From Macrostomum lignano (taxonomy: Eukaryota), in the NCBI GenBank assembly GCA_002269645.1, contig NIVC01001728.1, forward strand, positions 49,161 to 113,160: DNA of 64,000 nucleotides, written 5' to 3'. The notes under the pieces were generated by a model. It did not search any database. It saw only the letters and a list, made by a program, of their open reading frames with translations, and had not been told where the DNA came from. The translations under genes and the position numbers were made by a program. Below, in pieces: positions 38,610 through 49,222 of the stretch (positions are counted from its first letter, which is position 1; each line of letters starts with the position of its first letter).

Positions 38610-39563
38610 AACCTGTTCTCAGAAGTTGAATTTGCTTAATTCCATATATGGTTATGATCAAACATTCATGACCCCTTAATCAAACACGCACGACCTAAGT
38701 AAATAACCGATTTTAAACCAGTTTTTCACCAAAATTTTACGATAAATATAAGCGAAAATCCAAGTCAAAAATTCAGACTCGGTGCGGTCTCAAAGAAGAC
38801 TTTGGAAGACGTTAACAAAGAAGACCCATCTCTGAGAGATGAAATCCTGACCAATTGATAAGCGTTCACCCAAAGATCATATATAAGATCTATGCGTTTA
38901 CCTGATTTAGTTCCTTGCTACTAGCGCTAATAAGTTGATTAATTAAGTTTACGAGAGCTGTTCGTTGTCGACACATTTAAGAAAGGCCTTGTTTCCTAGG
39001 ATATATTCCTAGAGGATTTATTGATTGATTTGAGTTATCTGTTACGTTTTGGACGTAACGAAGAAGACGCCCTTCAGGAGGACCTATTGCAGAACTCAGA
39101 GAATTCAATTGTTCATTAGGGCGCACGTTCTATTGTTAATTCCGAGCTCAAGGACACTCACGAATTCTGACTCGCTCTCGTTCTGGTCGACCCACAAATA
39201 AAATTAAGGACTCACGGAAGCAACCGTTCACCGAAACCGGCCGCTACCACAGCTCAGTCAAGCCAGATAGCGCTACGTACACCTTACACGACCCAGACGT
39301 CTGCAAACTCTGCAAGAGGAGCCGCTCCAGTAAGAGTTATTGGATTTTGCATATATCTAGGCACTAGTTCCCCAGTGTCTAGAAGTGGGAGTTTTCGAGT
39401 GACTGATTTCGCGGATTCTGCCCTACTCGTAGATTCCATCCGAACAGGTATAGCTGCCGTGATGGACCCGTACTGCGCGATTGCCAGAGCGTTTCTCCAC
39501 TCAGGAAACGGCCTAACTGAAGAATTCAGCACAACTTCAGATGTCGTTCAAGCGACACTCTAG
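38610..39563 (+). pseudogene. Heavily decayed ORF, possibly a retroelement gag-like remnant
   Basis: One frame reads as protein-like sequence across roughly 300 codons but with many stops (..LRELFVVDTFKKGL..). A neighbouring frame gives a degenerate knuckle-like CKLCKR. The family assignment is speculative. Confidence 0.3.
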
Positions 39564-39589
39564 CCCCTACTGCTTTTTATAGTGGTTGT

Positions 39590-40640
39590 GTACTACATCT
39601 ACGTGCATGGTGTTCTGTGCATACAACGTCCCAGAGCAGATTGTCTCGGCCATCATGGCAACGTACCGTGATCCGAAAGTTGCCATTATCAAGGTCAGGC
39701 GGCGTATCGGACTTTTTCGAGACCTGGGGGACTCCCATTCGCTCCCGACGTTTTTTCTCGTTCTGAAGCTTGACTGGGTGCTGCCGGACTGCTCTTTCTA
39801 CCGACTACGACGACTTTCTGCTGCGGCGACGCCTGGGTCGATGACAACCGGAGAGGCGGCTCGGTGTGCTTGGCTACGCCGACGATCTCGCCCTGCTTTT
39901 CTCAATTTTGGAGGGCGTCCAGCGACTACTGGACAAGCTGTTTGCTGTTGTGGTGGTGAGTGTCGGTATTGTGGTCAACACAAAGAAGACGGTTGTGCTC
40001 TGGGTGCTGGACGACATCGAAACCTGCAAATGGACAGGCGACGGAGCTTCCGCGTTTTCAGCAGGTCTATCTACCTCGGCGGTCTGGTTCCCGGCGTACG
40101 CAAGGATCTGCGGCGTCGTCCTCGACTTTCGTTCTGTAAAGACAGTTCTGCAGACCGAGGTCCTACCTACGTTGTTCCGGGCGGTGGTCGAGACCGTCCT
40201 GCTGTGCAACACTGAGACCTGGACGCTGACGGACTCGCTCGAGCAACAAGTAGACGCGCGGTGCACGCTGGTCTGCTGCGTGCCGTCTTCAAGATTGGCG
40301 ACAAGCGATCGTCACCAACGCGGCTCTGTATCGTTGCGCCGGCCTTCCCCCTTCAAGCGACCTGTTGCGCCGTCGGTGACGCCAGCTAGCAGATCACATC
40401 ATCCGCGCTGAGTCGTATTGCCCTCAGCCGATGCTGTTTCTGGTGCTGCAGACACCCTACCGACGGGGACATGCGCGCACTCTGCATTTCGTAGACTGCC
40501 TGTTGGCTGACGCCGGCGCCCCGGATTCGGTCGGCGGCTTTGCGACCTGGCCAGAGGCGCGCCCTGTGACGCTGCCTTTTAAAGACCCGGTCATGCACTG
40601 TATTTTGTTTTTGCTGTTGTACGCCTAGGGTGTACACTAT
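39590..40640 (+). mobile_element. 5'-truncated, frameshifted RTE-like non-LTR retrotransposon (reverse transcriptase C-terminal half)
   Basis: GYADDLALL (TACGCCGACGAT at 39875-39886), VVNTKKT, YLG, LFRAVVETVLL..ETWTLT, and downstream R(L)AGH-like and RRG..T..FVD motifs, spread over several frames. Confidence 0.85.
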
Positions 40641-41100
40641 CTGGAAAGCTGTCAACCAGAGACCTGTCTGTCACTGGCGTCCCAGCACCGAGCTTCATCT
40701 AAAAACATCGTCAGATTGCTTGGGTGCTGTCTTGCGCCGGGCCTCCTGCATCAGCTAACTGAGCGATTGCACTGCAGCCAAGGTTGTCCCGTAACTTTGA
40801 GTAAGTTCTTCTGACTAACTTGCCGACAGCCCAGCCCCCAGTCCGCTATGACTTGCGCCCCTCTGATCGTTTCTGTGGAACGCGTGAATTGCTTAAAACA
40901 ATACTTTGCTTTTAGCCACAGAAGATTCAAGCCAGCTCGGAGCAGCAGCCAATTTAACATATCTATGTTTAAAAGCTCCGTCCAAAACTGGATGATGGAA
41001 TCAGATGCACTTTCCAGTGGTCTACAAAGCAAAATCAAGAGAAGCCTGGCTGCATAAACAGCTGCAATTAGTTATAAAACTCGCCTAACAATTTTACAAC

Positions 41101-41811
41101 ATGGCCGCCACTGTTGCCGCCGAATTCTCCAATGACGACGACAACTTGATGACGGCAACGAATCGGTCAGCGACGAGTCCAGAGTTCCTGGAGCCCGCAG
41201 CTGTGGGGGTCGCCCAGCAGCAGCAGCGTTTTCTCAGCATAGTCAGCAAGGTGTCCCGATGGATCGCCGCTTCAGACAGGCACGTGCGCTGCCTGTTCGC
41301 TGAGGACAGGTCAACGTCAACGACGGCTACTCAGCTATCGCCGTCGGTTCTTAGCGAGGCTGGCGAGCTGGAGCGGACGGCCTTGGCCGAGCGGCTTTGC
41401 AAGGACGCCGTGGATCGCGCGGCCGCCGCCCGTCTGGCTCGCAGTGCCGCTGCTGGCACACAGCAGGCAAATAACCACGGTCGGCATAGCAACTGCAGCT
41501 ACCATCAGCGCCCTAGCAACAACTCCGGTCGCTATGGAAACCAAAAGTTTGAAAAAAAGCGGCGCAGCAACGAAATTTTTCCTACTGGTTACCATGGGAA
41601 CCGTCGTCAAAGCAAGTTTCACCTGGACAATCGGAATACTGCAACTTCCGATGCTAGTATCGGTTACCATGGCAACAAAAATGTTGCTAAGCATCGATCT
41701 TGCCGTCTCAGCGTGAAGCTCCTGCTCGAACTGCCATCGGAATCGAAAGTTAAAGTGCAGCCGATGAAGAAAAGTCGGCACAGTTTCTCGCTATCTAACT
41801 TCCACCTCTGA
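41101..41811 (+). CDS. Orphan single-exon ORF, 236 aa
   Basis: Good initiation context (ACAAC ATG G), GC-rich non-repetitive sequence and Ala-rich composition like the neighbouring real exons. No recognisable domain. Confidence 0.5.
   Translation: MAATVAAEFSNDDDNLMTATNRSATSPEFLEPAAVGVAQQQQRFLSIVSKVSRWIAASDRHVRCLFAEDRSTSTTATQLSPSVLSEAGELERTALAERLCKDAVDRAAAARLARSAAAGTQQANNHGRHSNCSYHQRPSNNSGRYGNQKFEKKRRSNEIFPTGYHGNRRQSKFHLDNRNTATSDASIGYHGNKNVAKHRSCRLSVKLLLELPSESKVKVQPMKKSRHSFSLSNFHL
41508..41676. promoter_or_regulatory. Cluster of RFX X-box-like motifs
   Basis: GTCGCTATGGAAAC (41528-41541), GTTACCATGGGAAC (41588-41601), GTTACCATGGCAAC (41663-41676) and the half-site CCTAGCAAC (41512-41520). 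The X-box consensus is GTNRCCATGGYAAC-like. Confidence 0.5.
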
Positions 41812-42489
41812 TCGTAATTACCTTCTGCCTCGGCGATAACCGATAAATTACCTATTATTTATGACATTGTTTCCCCGGAGAAACCACTTGCTCCAAAGGT
41901 GCAGACTGATAACTCACTTCAAACGGTTTTCCTTGACGCACTGATGTACAACTACACTGTCTCATGCAATACCTGTGTATTCACAAGTCGCGAGTTGCCC
42001 CGTGAGTAATAATTATTAATACTTTTCGTTTAATTTCCGATACGCAACGAACTTCCTACTTGTTTGCTGTTTGTTATTTTAGCAGATTTAAATGAGTATT
42101 AGATTACTTATAGTAAATAGGAATTTTTAGTATAGTGGACTAGCAAACTTTGCCCCCCCTTGGCCTTAGGGAGGATAATTTTGTCAAAATATTTTTGCCT
42201 GGCGGAATTTTACGAATATTTGATGAGTGCTCAAGCCTCAAAGTACATAAACTTATCCATTTATTTCCAATATTATAGCCGTCAAAAATACTCTCCTATT
42301 ACTCAAGAATCTCAAACCCTTAGGCGAGAAGAAATCAGCCGAAACGAAGGCAGTTGGCTGCCTCCTCACTGACCTAAAACCGAACCCAGGCCAAGATAAC
42401 CTAAATACCAAAAATAACCATCACAAACTGCTGGAGACTTAAAAAATCAAACACGCACATATAAACATTAAGCGGGCCGGATTGCTATT

Positions 42490-42573
42490 GTGAAGTTTCA
42501 AAGGACCCGAGGGCCGGATAGAGAGGCTTCCCGAGCCGCATGTGGCCCGCGGGCCGAAGTTGGCCGACCCCTG
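42490..42573 (-). mobile_element. hAT (Charlie/MER58-like) element terminus
   Basis: Reverse complement CAGGGGTCGGCCAACTTCGGCCCGCGGGCCACATGCGGCTC; homologous to 7005-7086. Confidence 0.7.
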
Positions 42574-42579
42574 ATTACT

Positions 42580-42847
42580 CAGGGGCGTCGCCATGGATTT
42601 TATGGTGGGGGGACAAAGCCAGGAATTCAAAATGTACGTGACTAAATTCCTACATTTCCAATATTTTGTTGTCAGCGCCCATTTTGGCGACGCAGGCACT
42701 CATTTTGGCGCCCTGAAAAAAAATTATTGATCACCACAACCAGTCTCAAGGTGGGGTGGGGGAGACAAAGCATTGGAATGCTCCCCCCCCCCAAAATTAT
42801 TACTGGGGGTGCACATGTCCCCTGTCCCCCTGGTGGCCACGCGCCTG
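42580..42847. mobile_element. hAT-like MITE with imperfect TIRs
   Basis: CAGGGGCGTCGCCA at the left end and TGGCCACGCGCCTG at the right end; similar in style to 52037-52306. No clear TSD. Confidence 0.55.
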
Positions 42848-43689
42848 CCTGAACTAGACAAAATGACTCATCGCTAGAGAGACTTGGCGAAATGCTACTA
42901 AGACATCAGCATACCCTGTGAGCTTTGGCTCTTAGTGTCTGTCTGGCTGTCTGTCTGTCTCAGCCGTTCCCCTGTGTGCCTGACATGTGCGGAATCTTTG
43001 CGGAACATGTGCGGAAGCAAACTGTTAGATAGGATGCCCAACTGTTAGATAGAATATGACAAAATAGACTTATAACTGTTTCTATAAATGTTTTTTTAAA
43101 TTGAAAGAAATATATGTAAATAATCAATTTTATGCTACTAAAAGTAGGATCTTTTAAAAAAAAAAGTAATTTCTTGCCTGTAATTTTGGTCAACCCCAAG
43201 GTTTCATAGTGCTAATGGAAGGGAACCTGTGTTTCTTAACGATCGATGTGATAAACTCTCAATCGTTGACAAATAAGAAGTTTAAAATACTTAAAAAACT
43301 GGCATTTTACACACGCGAATGAAGTTGTGGATTAAAATTAGTACAAATGCATTTAGTTTATTGACGAAAGTATATAAAACAATAATTCAGACTAATTAAA
43401 ACTTTTATTTAAGTAAAAAGCAGTACATGGATAACTTTAATAAAAAATACTTGGGACCAGCGTTTCGGTACAAAAAGTTCACTAGAAGCACCAACCTGCC
43501 AAGCCACTACCAGCTGCTTAAAAAATAATCGCTATTGATGCTATACTTAAACGCGACAGAAAAAGGTTTTTAAATACTTAGTCGTTAAAAATTTTAATGT
43601 GCTGCAATTGCGAATAATTTCCACTGACATCGAACACTGACGCTACCTCTGGAAACTTGACAATGTATTTCTGTAAATTCAGTGAGCCT

Positions 43690-46600
43690 ACAATCGAGTT
43701 CACCAATCCTAAAAAGTTTCCCAATCCTACAATCGAGTTCACCAATCCTACAATCGAGTTCACCAATCCTACAATCGAGCTCACCAATCCTACAATCGAG
43801 TTCACCAATCCTACAATCGAGTTCACCAATCCTACAATCGAGTTCACCAACCCTACAATCGAGTTCACCAATCCTACAATCGAGTTCACCAATCCTACAA
43901 TTGAGTTCACCAATCCTACAATCGAGTTCACTAATCCTACAATCGAGTTCACCAATCCTACAATCGAGTTCACCAATCCTACAATCGAGTTCACTAATCC
44001 TACAATCGAGTTCACCAATCCTACAATCGAGTTCACCAATCCTACAATCGAGTTCACCAATCCTATAATTAAGTTCACCAATCCTATAATTAATTTCACC
44101 AATCCTACAATCGAGTTCACCAATTCTACAATCGAGTTCACCAACCCTACAATCGAGTTCACCAATCCTATAATTAAGTTCACCAATCCTATAATTAAGT
44201 TCACCAATCCTATAATTAAGTTCACCAATCCCACAATCGAGTTCACCAATCCTACAATCGAGTTCACCAATCCTACAATCGAGCTCACTAATCCTACAAT
44301 CGAGTTCACCAATTCTACAATCGAGCTCACCAATCCTACAATCGAGTTCACCAATCCTACAATCGAGTTCACCAATTCTACAATCGAGTTCACCAATTCT
44401 ACAATCGAGTTCACCAACCCTACAATCGAGTTCACCAATCCTATAATTAAGTTCACCAATCCTATAATTAAGTTCACCAATCCTACAATCGAGTTCACCA
44501 ATTCTACAATCGAGCTCACCAATCCTACAATCGAGTTCACCAATCCTATAATTAAGTTCACCAATCCTATAATTAAGTTCACCAATCCTACAATCGAGTT
44601 CACCAATTCTACAATCGAGTTCACCAACCCTACAATCGAGTTCACCAATCCTATAATTAAGTTCACCAATCCTATAATTAAGTTCACCAATCCTATAATT
44701 AAGTTCACCAATCCCACAATCGAGTTCACCAATCCTACAATCGAGTTCACCAATCCTACAATCGAGCTCACTAATCCTACAATCGAGTTCACCAATTCTA
44801 CAATCGAGCTCACCAATCCTACAATCGAGTTCACCAATCCTACAATCGAGTTCACCAATCCTACAATCGAGTTCACCAATCCTACAATCGAGTTCACCAA
44901 TCCTACAATCGAGTTCACCAATTCTACAATCGAGTTCACCAATTCTACAATCGAGTTCACCAACCCTACAATCGAGTTCACCAATCCTATAATTAAGTTC
45001 ACCAATCCTATAATTAAGTTCACCAATCCTACAATCGAGTTCACCAATTCTACAATCGAGCTCACCAATCCTACAATCGAGTTCACCAACCCTACAATCG
45101 AGTTCACCAATCCTATAATTAAGTTCACCAATCCTATAATTAAGTTCACCAATCCTACAATCGAGTTCACCAATCCTACAATCGAGCTCACCAATCCTAC
45201 AATCGAGTTCACCAATTCTACAATCGAGCTCACCAATCCTACAATCGAGTTCACCAATCCTACAATCGAGTTCACCAATCCTAAAAAGTTCCCCAATCCT
45301 ACAATCGAGTTCACCAATCCTACAATCGAGTTCCCCAATCCTAAAAAGTTCCCCAATCCTACAATCAAGTTCACCAATCCTACAAAAGAGTTCACCAATC
45401 CTACAATCGAGTTCACCAATCCTAAAATCGAGTTCACCAATCCTACAATCGAGTTCACAAATCTTACAATAAGGTCACCAATCCTACAATAAGATCACCA
45501 ATCCTACAAAAAAGTTCAACAAATCTACAATCGAGCTCACCAATCCTACAATCGAGTTCACCAATCCTACAATCGAGTTCACCAATCCTACAATCGAGTT
45601 CACCAATCCTAAAAAGTTCCCCAATCCTACAATCGAGTTCACCAATCCTACAATCGAGTTCCCCAATCCTAAAAAGTTCCCCAATCCTACAATCAAGTTC
45701 ACCAATCCTACAAAAGAGTTCACCAATTCTACAATCGAGCTCACCAATCCTACAATCGAGTTCACCAATCCTACAATCGAGTTCACCAATCCTACAATCG
45801 AGTTCACCAATCCTACAATCGAGTTCACCAATCCTACAATCGAGTTCACCAATTCTACAATCGAGTTCACCAATTCTACAATCGAGTTCACCAACCCTAC
45901 AATCGAGTTCACCAATCCTATAATTAAGTTCACCAATCCTATAATTAAGTTCACCAATCCTACAATCGAGTTCACCAATTCTACAATCGAGCTCACCAAT
46001 CCTACAATCAAGTTCACCAACCCTACAATCGAGTTCACCAATCCTATAATTAAGTTCACCAATCCTATAATTAAGTTCACCAATCCTACAATCGAGTTCA
46101 CCAATCCTACAATCGAGTTCACCAATCCTACAATCGAGCTCACCAATCCTACAATCGAGCTCACCAATCCTACAATCGAGTTCACCAATCCTACAATCGA
46201 GTTCACCAATCCTACAATCGAGTTCACCAATCCTAAAAAGTTCCCCAATCCTACAATCGAGTTCACCAATCCTACAATCGAGTTCCCCAATCCTAAAAAG
46301 TTCCCCAATCCTACAATCAAGTTCACCAATCCTACAAAAGAGTTCACCAATCCTACAATCGAGTTCACCAATCCTAAAATCGAGTTCACCAATTCTACAA
46401 TCGAGTTCACAAATCTTACAATAAGGTCACCAATCCTACAATAAGATCACCAATCCTACAAAAAAGTTCAACAAATCTACAATCGAGCTCACCAATCCTA
46501 CAATCGAGTTCACCAATCCTACAATCGAGTTCACCAATCCTACAATCGAGTTCACCAATCCTAAAAAGTTCCCCAATCCTACAATCGAGTTCACCAATCC

Positions 46601-46820
46601 TACAATCGAGTTCACCAATCCTACAATCGAGTTCACCAATCCTACAATCGAGTTCACCAATCCTAAAAAGTTCCCCAATCCTACAATCGAGTTCACCAAT
46701 CCTAAAATCGAGTTCACCAATCCTACAATCGAGTTCACAAATCCTACAATAAGGTCACCAATCCTACAATAAGATCACCAATCCTACAAAAAAGTTCAAC
46801 AAATCTACAACCGAGTTTAC
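43690..46820. repeat. 21-bp minisatellite (CAATCGAGTTCACCAATCCTA), about 150 copies with higher-order structure, directly 3' of PBK
   Basis: Read directly. An 18-bp variant AAAAAGTTCCCCAATCCT is present, and the terminal block recurs at 45461, 46413 and 46741. Confidence 0.98.
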
Positions 46821-46848
46821 CTATCTCTAATCGAGTTCACTATTAGAG

Positions 46849-47208
46849 TCACTCAGCCAGCAGCTGCAGCAGCTGCACAGCCGACAGTCTCACCGCCGGG
46901 TCAATCTCCGTGAGCCGTTCGAATGCGGTTAACCCCCGACATCTCGCAGAAGATGGCAGCAGCCATGCGGGTAGCGGGGGCCGCGTGCCCAGCCGGGAGG
47001 ACAGCAGGTCGTCAAGAGACTCGTCAATCGAACGCTCTTCGTCAGTCAGCCGGTCGGAAGCGCGGCTCACTGACAGGCTGCATGCGGTTTCGTCGGCTCT
47101 GCGCAGGAACAGGTCGCCGTGCGGCAGGTCCAGGGTGAGCAGCTCGTAGAGCACCATGCCGAGGCTCCACATGTCCGCCTTGTGACCGAAGCGATCGGTG
47201 CGAAGAGC
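46849..47208 (-). CDS. PBK: PBK/TOPK (lymphokine-activated killer T-cell-originated protein kinase) exon 3
   Basis: Acceptor AATCTCCAG|GCT. KADMWSLGMVLYELLTLDLPH, LGTRPP and R.SA match PBK subdomains IX-XI. Stop at 46851-46849. Confidence 0.92.
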   Translation of the reverse strand, partial: ALRTDRFGHKADMWSLGMVLYELLTLDLPHGDLFLRRADETACSLSVSRASDRLTDEERSIDESLDDLLSSRLGTRPPLPAWLLPSSARCRGLTAFERLTEIDPAVRLSAVQLLQLLAE

Positions 47209-47249
47209 CTGGAGATTTGAGATGGAATGGCTTGTGGGGGATTGGTTGC

Positions 47250-47850
47250 TACTGCTAGTGGCTTTGATGGCTACTGCTAGTGGCTTTGATGGCTACTGCT
47301 AGTGGCTTTGATGGCTACTACTAGTGGCTTTGATGGCTACTGCTAGTGGCTTTGATGGCTACTGCTAGTGGCTTTGATGGCTACTACTAGTGGCTTTGAT
47401 GGCTACTGCTAGTGGCTTTGATGGCTACTACTAGTGGCTTTGATGGCTACTGCTAGTGGCTTTGATGGCTACTACTAGTGGCTTTGATGGCTACTGCTAG
47501 TGGCTTTGATGGCTACTACTAGTGGCTTTGATGGCTACTGCTAGTGGCTTTGATGGCTACTAGTAGTGGCTTAGATGGCTACTAGTAGTGGATTAAAGTG
47601 GCTACTGGTAGTGGATTGAGGTGGCTACTAGTAGTGGCTTGGATGGCTACTAAATGTAGCAGTGGCTTGAGGTGGCTACTAGTAGTGGCTTGGAGTGGCT
47701 ACTAGCAGTGGATTGAGGTGGCTACTAGCAGTGGCTTGAGGTGGCTACTAGTAGTGGCTTGGAGTGGCTACTAGTAGTGGCTTGGAGTGGCTACTAGTAG
47801 TGGCTTGGAGTGGCTACTAGTAGTGGCTTGGAGTGGCTACTAGTAGTGAG
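47250..47850. repeat. 22/23-bp minisatellite (CTAGTGGCTTTGATGGCTACTG) in PBK intron 2
   Basis: Period of 22 checked (47281, 47303). Confidence 0.95.
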
Positions 47851-47949
47851 TTGAAGTATATCCAGTCCACGACTCTACTAGTTATGGCTAGCAATCACTA
47901 CTAGTAGCAGCCCAGGCCAGCAATAGCAGTGCTGCAGAGTTGGACAAAC

Positions 47950-48468
47950 CTCAGGAGCGGCCCAGAGCTCGGTGCCGCGGAACTCCGCGCCCGGAGGAGC
48001 TTCAAGCGCATCGCCAGACAGCGGCAGCGCGGAGCCAAAGTCGCACATCCTCAACCGGCCGTCGTCAGTTAGCAGCAGGTTGGCGCTCTTCAGGTCGCCG
48101 TGCATCAGCTTCTGCTCGTAGTGCAAATAGCGCAGCGCCTCGGCCGCCTGCGTTGCCATGGAAACGATAAATTCCGAGTCGAAGGGTTGCGTAGGCGGTT
48201 GATCGAACCCGCGACCTTCTTCCTGACGTTCCTCGATGGCTTCCATTAAAGAACGGCCGCCGAATTGCATCAGCAAAGAGGTGGCAACGCCGAGGGAGCT
48301 GTCGATCAGCAGGCCGCGGTAGCCGATGATGCCCGGATGCTTCAGCCGGGCCAGCACGTCCGCCTCGGAGACCAGGCGGTGCGCCAGGGCCGTGTCCGAC
48401 GAGGGCGCTTTGGCTAGGCGGGGATTGGCCTGCGGGGGCGGGTTGGAGCGGGACAGGGAGTGAGACAC
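47950..48468 (-). CDS. PBK: PBK/TOPK exon 2
   Basis: Acceptor GAGCCAG|GTG. RL..EA.VL..L.HP.I.GYR, YLH.EQKLMHGDLKSAN, CDFG and GTELWAAPE. Donor GAG|GTTTGT, phase 0. Confidence 0.95.
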
Positions 48469-48870
48469 CTGGCTCAACAGGTGAGAAACCCGAGTTTACT
48501 GGAATGAGACACCTGGCTCAACAGGTGGGAAACCCGAGTTTATCGGGTGAGACACCTGGCTTAACAGGTGGGATACCGGAGTTTACTGGGTTGGACACCT
48601 GGCTTAACAGGTGGGATACCGGACTTTACTGGGTGAGACACCTGGCTTAACAGGTGGGAAACCAGAGTTTACTGGGTGGGACACCTGGCTTAACAGGTGA
48701 GAAACCCGAGTTTACTGGGTGAGACACCTGGCTTAACAGGTGAGAAACCCGAGTTTACTGGGTGAGACACCTGGCTTAACAGGTGGGAAACCGGAGTTTA
48801 CTGGGTGACACACCTGAATTAACAGGTGAGAAACCCGAGTTTACTGGGTGAGACACCTGGCTGACCGGGT
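48462..48870. repeat. 43/44-bp minisatellite spanning the PBK intron-1 acceptor, about 10 copies
   Basis: Unit GAGACACCTGGCTTAACAGGTGAGAAACCCGAGTTTACTGGGT; on the minus strand each copy contains AGCCAG|GTGTC. Confidence 0.95.
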
Positions 48871-49063
48871 GCAACAGTCTGTTCGTACTCCAGGTGAGAA
48901 ACCAGCTGTTTAGGATTGAGAGATCCGGAGTTTAATGAATGCGAGGTCTAAATTAACCTCTGGTTTACCGGGACAAACACACTGTCTACCAGAGAAACAT
49001 TAATTTATAAGAGTTAAGCTTGCCATGTATAAGGTAGCATAAATTCTGGCATAACATACTCAC

Positions 49064-49222
49064 CCGCTTAGCAGCCCAAGGTGAGCGATACGGGCTATCG
49101 GTGTGAGCTCCTGGTCGCTCTAAGCGGATTACTTCCACCCCAGTGCCAAGACCCAGCGGTTTTGCTGGCTGCTGTGGCAGCGATGCAGGAAGCTGAGCTA
49201 CTTGGCTGCTATTATCAGACAT
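49064..49222 (-). CDS. PBK: PBK/TOPK exon 1; joined model 345 aa
   Basis: LGLGTGVEV...SPWAAKR matches PBK LGFGTGVNV...SPWAVKK. Donor CGG|GTGAGT, phase 0. Confidence 0.92.

Noticed and set aside
40751-41066. Minus-strand stretch VYAARLLLILLCRPLESASDSIIQFWTELL after an acceptor-like ATTGCAG
   Set aside because: No recognisable homology or partner exons were found; it may be a real exon but cannot be supported here.
43578-46738. 611-626 aa repeat proteins annotated as CDS
   Set aside because: A 21-bp stop-free unit gives long ORFs automatically, and there is no unique domain or splice support. Kept only as a low-interest finding.
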